From a virus, in the IMG/VR virus record IMGVR_UViG_3300034061_002899: a stretch of DNA of 64,000 bases; one strand, given 5' to 3'. Made by a program: the position numbers and the translations under genes. Below the pieces are notes generated by a model. It did no database searches. It had not been told where the DNA came from and saw only the letters and a list, made by a program, of their open reading frames with translations. Shown piece after piece: positions 54,296 through 61,422 of the stretch; position 1 is the first letter of the stretch; each line of letters starts with the position of its first letter.

Positions 54296-55270
54296 TTATT
54301 CTTTTACTTCTTCCTTAAGTCTAAATCCGTCTTTAATTTTGTCCCAGTAACTTCTCTTTTCGTTTCCTTCAGTAGCTTTTCCGACGTTGGGCTTAGATGG
54401 TGAGGTTGTAACTTGTGGGCTGTCTTTAGATGGGGTTTTCTCTTGAACCAACTCATTTTTCTTTTCCTCCTTTTTAAAATTCCAATGTCCTTTACGTGCG
54501 CCTTCACGAATCGTATCTACAACGGCTGCTTGAATAGCGAGACTAGTTGCTTTGTTTATACTTTCATTAATACTTGCGCCAATTTCTGCTTCAACTGCAT
54601 TAGTACCACTACTGGTAAAACGCAGTACACCTGCTTTGTCCATATAACTTAATACAGTTTTAGTAACTGTTACACTTGTTAATACTTCACCTGTACTAAC
54701 ACTGACTGTTCTTAAGTTAACAGTAACAGTATCACTTTGGTATTGAGTACTAGTGCCAATGCCCAATACTCTTACACCAGACCCGCCTGTCAATGTATTT
54801 GAATCATATCCAATAATTCCACCTTCAACTAATATACCAGCAAAAATCATTGGGGGTAGTGGTTTAGCATCACGACCTTGATATTGTTCACGTGCTTGGC
54901 GTATCATCTGTCTTTCTTTGATAATATTTTCTAATCCACCACGTTCTAATACAGTAAACCAACGAGCATCACCTACATCTTGTAATGCTTTAATCAAGTA
55001 ACTATCAGCACCCTGTGTTACTGCTGAACTTAAGCTAGCTATATTAGCCAATGACTTGCGTTGTCCTGTCTTATCAGCAAATCCATATACTGCAATAGTA
55101 ATAGGACCATTTAATGGGGGCAATAACTTATTGTCATCCTTTTTCATGTAAACATTTTGCTCAATGATAGGTTCATCAAATTGTTCACCAACAACAACGT
55201 TGCGAGTGGCACTACTAAGAGCACACCCTGATAACATTACAGCAAGTAATAATAGTAGTAGTTTATTCAT
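54296..55270 (-). CDS. csgG: curli secretion channel CsgG
   Basis: Lipobox LSGC; AVYGFADKTGQRK, AVTQG, WFTVLER, GGIIGYDSN. Confidence 0.92.
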   Translation of the reverse strand: MNKLLLLLLAVMLSGCALSSATRNVVVGEQFDEPIIEQNVYMKKDDNKLLPPLNGPITIAVYGFADKTGQRKSLANIASLSSAVTQGADSYLIKALQDVGDARWFTVLERGGLENIIKERQMIRQAREQYQGRDAKPLPPMIFAGILVEGGIIGYDSNTLTGGSGVRVLGIGTSTQYQSDTVTVNLRTVSVSTGEVLTSVTVTKTVLSYMDKAGVLRFTSSGTNAVEAEIGASINESINKATSLAIQAAVVDTIREGARKGHWNFKKEEKKNELVQEKTPSKDSPQVTTSPSKPNVGKATEGNEKRSYWDKIKDGFRLKEEVKE

Positions 55271-55752
55271 TAGAAGTAAAACGTCCCCGCTGGTACTTTC
55301 ATTGTAGTTGTTTGCGATGGATTACTGTTATTTGTAATTGTGATAATGATTAACCCGTTATCACTTCCATCACCTAATTTCCAAGTGATACTATTGCCAC
55401 CTAAATCAGGTATAGATCCACATATTACTCCTTTTGTGGTACATGTTGATCCTTCTCCAAACATACTATCGGTCAATTGTTTTGCTAATTGACTGTAAAT
55501 TCTTGCTTCTAAGTTAGCTAAAAACTTAGCCTGAGGAGTGTTTAATGCTTCACTTTCAGCTTTCGCCTTTAAGGTGTCTGCAAGTGCTTTATTTTTATCT
55601 TTTTGTAAATCTTCTAACTGTTTTATTGTTAGGATATGGCTGCTATAACCCTGTCCACTGAAGGACGGGCTGTTAAATTGATGCTGTAATTCCGCAGAAT
55701 ATGCTGAAATAGTGAGCATCGTTAGGGTACTTATTGCTATACCTCTTATCAT
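55270..55752 (-). CDS. csgF: curli assembly protein CsgF-like
   Basis: Signal peptide then ELQHQFNSPSFSG; FLANLEARIYSQL. Confidence 0.8.
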   Translation of the reverse strand: MIRGIAISTLTMLTISAYSAELQHQFNSPSFSGQGYSSHILTIKQLEDLQKDKNKALADTLKAKAESEALNTPQAKFLANLEARIYSQLAKQLTDSMFGEGSTCTTKGVICGSIPDLGGNSITWKLGDGSDNGLIIITITNNSNPSQTTTMKVPAGTFYF

Positions 55753-55764
55753 TGTCTGCTCCGA

Positions 55765-55790
55765 TAAATATAATAATACTCATATATTTA
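55765..55790. promoter_or_regulatory. opposed TAAATA late promoters
   Basis: + strand TAAATA 55765-70; - strand TAAATA 55785-90. Confidence 0.5.
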
Positions 55791-55845
55791 GTTGATTTGG
55801 ATCAAAAATATAGCATAATACATAAGAATAACAAGGGGAGCAATT

Positions 55846-56127
55846 ATGGGAGAAGTTTTTAAGATTATAGGTGATTTGGGATTTCCAATTGCTGTTGCAT
55901 TAGCTGGTGGCTATTTTGTTTATTTGACAATAAAATTGTTGCTAGCAGGAGTTTTGAGTTCCATAAAAGGCATGGCTGGTATCATTACAGCACTTGATAA
56001 CCGTGTAAAAACGATGAACCATGACGTTGTTCGTATTGATACAATCGTTAGTAATGCATTGGGTTTACGTCCTGACGTAGATAGAATTGCACGTGCTGAT
56101 GGTAAAAATGATGCTAGGAGAGATTGA
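55846..56127 (+). CDS. small membrane protein (holin-like, GFPI family)
   Basis: LGFPIAVALAGG TM plus coiled tail; paralog of 56346. Confidence 0.65.
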   Translation: MGEVFKIIGDLGFPIAVALAGGYFVYLTIKLLLAGVLSSIKGMAGIITALDNRVKTMNHDVVRIDTIVSNALGLRPDVDRIARADGKNDARRD

Positions 56128-56342
56128 TGCTTTACGTTGATTATAACTGGGATTTAAGTCCTACGTTGATGATTCCGGATGAAGAATTGAACACCGACCG
56201 GTTGCAATGGAAAAGGGGAGATTACTGGAAAGTAGTAGAAAATTCAAAAGGTAGAAAGATGCTTATAAAGGTCGATGAATTAGAAGCATTTTTGTTAGCG
56301 GGAACTACCGAAAACATTGATAACAACAAGAAAAGAGAGTAA
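56127..56342 (+). CDS. hypothetical protein
   Basis: AGGAG SD; TGATG coupling. Confidence 0.6.
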   Translation: MLYVDYNWDLSPTLMIPDEELNTDRLQWKRGDYWKVVENSKGRKMLIKVDELEAFLLAGTTENIDNNKKRE

Positions 56343-56345
56343 AAT

Positions 56346-56684
56346 ATGGATGTAGTAACACTAATTAATAAGTATGGTTTCCCTATCGTTATGGCGGTGG
56401 GTATGGGCTTCATTATCAAATACGTTTGGGAATGGGCCACAAAAGAAGTTAAGCCTGTTATCAAAGATGCTGAAGCTGTATTGATAGCATTGATTGACCG
56501 TATCAGAATGTTAGATAATGACTTGATACGATTGAATCAAAAAGTTAATACAGTATTACATTTGCGTGGCAAGACTATTGAACATGAACGAGTTATTGCT
56601 GAAAAAGAAATCAATAAACCTTTTGTTGAGTTCGTTACAAAAGAAATTACTGAAGCTAATAAAGATACAACTACTAAAAAATGA
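56346..56684 (+). CDS. small membrane protein (holin-like, GFPI family)
   Basis: YGFPIVMAVGMG TM; ALIDRIRMLDNDLIR. Confidence 0.65.
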   Translation: MDVVTLINKYGFPIVMAVGMGFIIKYVWEWATKEVKPVIKDAEAVLIALIDRIRMLDNDLIRLNQKVNTVLHLRGKTIEHERVIAEKEINKPFVEFVTKEITEANKDTTTKK

Positions 56685-57241
56685 AAATTACTGAATTAAT
56701 GGAAGACACAACTAAAAAGATGCCTCATCTATATTTAGATATGGATGGCGTACAAGCCGATTTCTTCGGAGCTTGGGCCGCAATGCATAATGTCGGTAAC
56801 TATAAAGATATTCCTGATACTGAAACATCAATTAATCAATTAGCCTCAAGTAGCCCCGAAGAAGTATATAAATTTTTTAGAGAATTAAAACCACTTCAAG
56901 GCGGTGGTAAAATTGTACAATGGTTACATAAAAATAAAATTCCGTTCACTGTGTTAAGTGCTCCATTACGTGGGCCATATTCTAAGGCTAGTGTTGAGGC
57001 TAAAAAAGATTGGTTAGATGAATACAATCCGGGCGCTACAGAAAATGCTATCTTTACTCAACATAAACACAAATATGCATTAAGCAATGGTGAGCCAAAT
57101 GTATTAGTGGATGATTATGGTAAATATCTTAATGCTTGGAGTGGTGCTGGTGGTATCGCTGTTAAGCATGAGGATGGTAATACTAACCATACTATTAAAG
57201 AGCTAGAAAAGATTTATGCTCCCTACTTGATAGCTAAGTAA
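56681..57241 (+). CDS. HAD 5'(3')-deoxyribonucleotidase-like protein
   Basis: YLDMDGVQADF, LSAP, LVDD; MKITELME leader. Confidence 0.82.
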   Translation: MKITELMEDTTKKMPHLYLDMDGVQADFFGAWAAMHNVGNYKDIPDTETSINQLASSSPEEVYKFFRELKPLQGGGKIVQWLHKNKIPFTVLSAPLRGPYSKASVEAKKDWLDEYNPGATENAIFTQHKHKYALSNGEPNVLVDDYGKYLNAWSGAGGIAVKHEDGNTNHTIKELEKIYAPYLIAK

Positions 57242-57246
57242 TATAT

Positions 57247-57432
57247 ATGGCCTTACCTAACCCCGGACAAAATAATACACGATATGAAGTAATCACCCAA
57301 GAAGATCCTGAAACGGGTGATGTGATGTTACCTATTCCTCAAGCTCTATTAGATAGCATGGGCTGGAAAGAGGGCGACACGATTGACTTTGGATTAGATG
57401 AAAATGGTCATTACATATTAAAGAAAATTTAA
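57247..57432 (+). CDS. AbrB/MazE-type DNA-binding protein
   Basis: LPIPQALLDSMGWKEGDTI. Confidence 0.7.
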   Translation: MALPNPGQNNTRYEVITQEDPETGDVMLPIPQALLDSMGWKEGDTIDFGLDENGHYILKKI

Positions 57433-57860
57433 TGACTTATACAATTAATCAATCAATGCTCGGGTCTGATCCTAACGACACATCTTTTGTAGTTACTGCA
57501 TCAAACAATACTGCTAGTAGTGGACTATATTGGGGTCTAAACGGTACAAGTATTAATCCCGGTCAAGTACTAACATCAAATGTTAATAGTGCTCAGTGGG
57601 GTAGTATTACATCAGACCCTAGCCTTAAGGGTGCTTCACTCAGTGTCAAAGGTGATGCTGATTTTGAAGGTGAAGTCACTATCAAAGGCAAGAGTCTATT
57701 TGATATGTTTGAAAAAATTGAAGAACGATTAGCAATTCTACACACAAATCCTAAACTAGAAGATAAATGGGATGAACTAAAAGAATTGGGTCAACGCTAT
57801 AAAGAACTAGAACAGGAAATCATAGAAAAAGAGAGAATGTGGGCAATCTTACAAAAGTAA
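57432..57860 (+). CDS. hypothetical phage protein
   Basis: TAATG coupling; IEERLAIL..WDELKELG tail. Confidence 0.7.
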   Translation: MTYTINQSMLGSDPNDTSFVVTASNNTASSGLYWGLNGTSINPGQVLTSNVNSAQWGSITSDPSLKGASLSVKGDADFEGEVTIKGKSLFDMFEKIEERLAILHTNPKLEDKWDELKELGQRYKELEQEIIEKERMWAILQK

Positions 57861-57865
57861 AAAAC

Positions 57866-57894
57866 TTGACAAATAATCCATATTTTGCTATAAT
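57866..57894 (+). promoter_or_regulatory. sigma70 promoter
   Basis: TTGACA-17bp-TATAAT with TG extension. Confidence 0.8.
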
Positions 57895-57926
57895 AGAAAC
57901 TGTTTAATAACTATGACACATACATC

Positions 57927-58319
57927 ATGACCATGCATCTAGCACATCCCGCACTATCTATGGGCGGCAAACGCAAAGGCAAGATTAAATTTCGCAATAG
58001 TGCAGAAGCACAAAAAGCCCGTCAGCTTGATGCCGACTGGAAAGAATTGCAGGCTAAATGGGGTGTTGAGGCAGAAGAAAAGAAACGCAAACGTGCATTA
58101 GAGGCAGAGCCATTACAATATAAATTATCTACACCACCAGGTCGTACTACATCAAATGGTATTCCTAGTCGTGTTACTGCCGGCGGTTCAACTTCATCGG
58201 TTCACAAAGTTTATACTGGTACTAAAGTTCTTGGTATCGGTACAATGCATAAGTCTAATGCAGTGCCTATTTTCTCTGATGAGGAAGCTAAGGCTATCAG
58301 TACAATGCGTAGAAATTAA
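57927..58319 (+). CDS. hypothetical phage protein (HKSNAVP type)
   Basis: YTGTKVLGIGTMHKSNAVP..ISTMRR. Confidence 0.75.
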   Translation: MTMHLAHPALSMGGKRKGKIKFRNSAEAQKARQLDADWKELQAKWGVEAEEKKRKRALEAEPLQYKLSTPPGRTTSNGIPSRVTAGGSTSSVHKVYTGTKVLGIGTMHKSNAVPIFSDEEAKAISTMRRN

Positions 58320-58343
58320 AAAGGAGCTTAACAGCAAAACAAC

Positions 58344-58559
58344 ATGGCAAAAGAAGAAGGTATTAAGATGGATGGTAAGGTAATAGATGTATTACCCAAT
58401 GCCGTCTTTAGAGTTACTCTTAACAGTGGTCCAATTGTGACGGGGTACATATCAGGTAAAATGCGTAAACATGATATTAAAATTCTACTAGGTGATATAG
58501 TAGAGGTTGAGTTTAGTCCCTATGACCTTTCAAAGGGAAGAATCACACGGCGTAGATAA
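58344..58559 (+). CDS. infA: translation initiation factor IF-1
   Basis: [34 protein letters not shown]. Confidence 0.95.
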   Translation: MAKEEGIKMDGKVIDVLPNAVFRVTLNSGPIVTGYISGKMRKHDIKILLGDIVEVEFSPYDLSKGRITRRR

Positions 58560-59182
58560 TGCAATTCTATGATAATCTTTTAGGTCACGATCCTGCAGAT
58601 ATTTTTAATTCTCGCGGTCATAGATGCAAAGAAATTGAAGAAATCAATTTACAGAATTATATTCTCTTTGCAGGAGACAATGTTGGTGTAGGATGGGGTA
58701 CGCCACTTGAAGAAACCTATCCCTATTTAATTAGCAAGGCACTTAATATAGATTATTATAATCTTTCTATATTCAACGGTGGCCTAGATACCCTAAGATA
58801 TAATTTAATTACTTGGTATCACAAGATACCACAAAAGCCACGTGCGATTATTATAAGTAATGAATTTTTAAATTCTTTTCTAGTATGCGACCAAAACTAT
58901 AATAACTTTTCTCAGTGTAATCTAGATGATGAAAAAGTTCAAGCCGTATTAGATGCAGGTAATACAACAAACTACTTTAAAACCAGACAATACTTTACTG
59001 ACAAATTGCTATCTAATCTTATAAAAAATCCTATCTATCAGATAGAATTTAAAGACAAAATACCCGGATTGACTTCTAATGTGATTAACTTAAAACACAA
59101 CGGTGATATATTCGACCATAGTGCGATAAGCAAGTTAGTTATTAATGAAATTAATAAAACAAAGAAACAAGTAAGACCATGA
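58559..59182 (+). CDS. degenerate SGNH-like protein
   Basis: NSRGHR, FAGDNVGVG, ETYP, YYNL; paralog of 20110 and 59179. Confidence 0.6.
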   Translation: MQFYDNLLGHDPADIFNSRGHRCKEIEEINLQNYILFAGDNVGVGWGTPLEETYPYLISKALNIDYYNLSIFNGGLDTLRYNLITWYHKIPQKPRAIIISNEFLNSFLVCDQNYNNFSQCNLDDEKVQAVLDAGNTTNYFKTRQYFTDKLLSNLIKNPIYQIEFKDKIPGLTSNVINLKHNGDIFDHSAISKLVINEINKTKKQVRP

Positions 59183-59928
59183 AGATTTATAATGATTTCA
59201 TAGGTAATGATGAAAATAATATCACAACAAATTTTCATGGTGGTGATAATGTCACAAATCTTAATGAAAACACACCAAAACAACCATCTGATTGGTACTA
59301 TCATAATAAGAAAATAACGTACACGTTTAACAATCAAGGTCATAGGTGCAGAAATTTTGAGGATATAGATAAAAATAATTATATTTTATATACCGGATGT
59401 AGCCATACTATGGGTACAGGATTAGAGTTAGAAAAAACATATCCTTACTTACTGAGTAAAGAGCTGGGAATGGATTACTATAATTTAGCAATGCCTGCAA
59501 CTGGTATGGATATAGTAGAATATAACTTATTGTTGTGGTTGTTTAAAGTACCAAAAAAACCAAAATTAGTAGTAATTCAATGGCCAGATCACAGTAGATT
59601 TGCAGAATATGATTCATTGAGAAATAATATATTAGCACGTGGTTCATGGCAACAGTTAGATAACAATTATCTAGCATTAATAGCAAATGCAGAAGATACC
59701 GGAATGTCACATGCAAGAAAGTATATGACTTTTAAGCTGTTAGAAAATAGCATCGATCTTCCGTTAATTACATTTAATTACGGAAATCAAGAGGGTTGTT
59801 CTATATACGATCTCAACATGCCAAGAATAGATAAAGCCAGAGATTTAAGTCATGCAGGGATCAAATCACATGTTAATTTTACCAAAACATTACTCAATCA
59901 CATAGAAGTTAATAGGCTACTCAAATGA
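59179..59928 (+). CDS. SGNH-like hydrolase-fold protein
   Basis: NNQGHR, TGCSHTMGTG, YYNL, QWP, ARDLSH. Confidence 0.65.
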   Translation: MKIYNDFIGNDENNITTNFHGGDNVTNLNENTPKQPSDWYYHNKKITYTFNNQGHRCRNFEDIDKNNYILYTGCSHTMGTGLELEKTYPYLLSKELGMDYYNLAMPATGMDIVEYNLLLWLFKVPKKPKLVVIQWPDHSRFAEYDSLRNNILARGSWQQLDNNYLALIANAEDTGMSHARKYMTFKLLENSIDLPLITFNYGNQEGCSIYDLNMPRIDKARDLSHAGIKSHVNFTKTLLNHIEVNRLLK

Positions 59929-59942
59929 GATAAATATGTGTT

Positions 59943-60266
59943 ATGATAACACTTACTCAATCAGCACAAGAAAAAATTAAAGAAATATTAATAGACGAGA
60001 CTCCTGAATCTCGCTTAAGAATGTTCATCCAAGGTGGAGGATGTTCTGGATTTTCATATGGTTTTACCATTGATGAAGTCAAAAATGAAGATGATTTTGA
60101 GATTGAATCTGGCGGAACTAGTGTACTAATTGACAGTATGTCAATACAATATGTAACAGGTGCTGAAATTGATTACATAGATGACTTGCAGGGTTCAAGA
60201 TTTAATATAAAAAATCCAAAAGCAGAATCAACATGCGGATGCGGAAGTAGCTTTAGTCCAACATAA
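59943..60266 (+). CDS. A-type Fe-S carrier (ErpA/IscA/HesB family)
   Basis: [11 protein letters not shown]...NP...TCGCGSSF. Confidence 0.92.
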   Translation: MITLTQSAQEKIKEILIDETPESRLRMFIQGGGCSGFSYGFTIDEVKNEDDFEIESGGTSVLIDSMSIQYVTGAEIDYIDDLQGSRFNIKNPKAESTCGCGSSFSPT

Positions 60267-60309
60267 TTGATTTGATCCTTATTGATAAATACATAATAAG
60301 GATCAAATC

Positions 60310-61410
60310 ATGGCAATTTCTGGAATACAGGTTATACAAGTAGGATTACCCAACGAATCCATAGGGAGTGATTCATTATACTCCGCATTCAGCAAAACAG
60401 TAGTAAACTTCAACACATTATTTAATACGGCTAGCCCCTATAGCAACGTTACCAACGGCATAGGAACGGCAGCTAATGCTAATGCATCAACCGGAGTATT
60501 AACGTTTGACAACACGGGTGTTCTTAATATTCTAGCCGGTACCGGAATATCACTAAGTGGTAGTAACGGCAATGTAACTATTTCAAGTAATGGCGGTGGT
60601 AATGGGAGCGGTGGAACTGTTACTAGCGTGGGTGTTAATTCGTCAACATTAAGTGTCAACACCACATCAAGTGGTAATATTGTTAGCTCTGGTAACATTA
60701 TAGTTGATTTACCAAGTTTTGCTAATTTAGCAGGAACATATACATATCCAACTGTTACAGTTGACCAGTATGGCAGAGTTACTACAATTGCAAATGCATC
60801 TTCAGTTGGTACTGTATCAAGTGTAAATTTAATTACTTCCGGTGTAGGTATTCAAGTGTCCGGTGGTCCAATTACTAGCTCAGGAAATATTACTGTTATC
60901 AATACAGGTGTAACAAGATTGAGTGCAGGTACAGGCATTAACTTAAGCGGTAGTAATGGCAATGTTACTGTTTCTGCTACTATTACAGGCGGTACTGTTA
61001 CTAGTGTTGGATTGACTAGTTCTTCATTAACCGTTACAAATAGTCCAGTTACTAGTACCGGTACAATGAATGTTGAGATACCTGCTAATGTAGCAATAAC
61101 TGGCAGATTATTATTAAGTGGTAGCGAAGACCTTGCAAGTGCAGGTGCCGCTAACTTATCAGTTACAGCAAGTTATTTTACTACTACAAGTCCAAGTACT
61201 GCAACATTAGCCGCAGGTACTGCAGGCTTAATCAAAACATTTATGATGGTAGGTGACGGTGGTGATATGGTTATTACAGTTACTAACGCTGGATGGAAAT
61301 CTAGTGGTACAGGTACAATCACATTTGGTGATATAGGTGATGGCTGTACACTACAATACATTAATAGCAAGTGGTTCTGTATTGGACAGAACGGCGTAGC
61401 ATTCGCATAA
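60310..61410 (+). CDS. virion structural/tail-fibre-like protein
   Basis: GSDSLYSAFSK N-terminus; AGTGI and GTVTSV repeats; VDQYGRV; TAAATA 60286-91. Confidence 0.75.
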   Translation: MAISGIQVIQVGLPNESIGSDSLYSAFSKTVVNFNTLFNTASPYSNVTNGIGTAANANASTGVLTFDNTGVLNILAGTGISLSGSNGNVTISSNGGGNGSGGTVTSVGVNSSTLSVNTTSSGNIVSSGNIIVDLPSFANLAGTYTYPTVTVDQYGRVTTIANASSVGTVSSVNLITSGVGIQVSGGPITSSGNITVINTGVTRLSAGTGINLSGSNGNVTVSATITGGTVTSVGLTSSSLTVTNSPVTSTGTMNVEIPANVAITGRLLLSGSEDLASAGAANLSVTASYFTTTSPSTATLAAGTAGLIKTFMMVGDGGDMVITVTNAGWKSSGTGTITFGDIGDGCTLQYINSKWFCIGQNGVAFA

Positions 61411-61422
61411 TTAGGATAAAAA

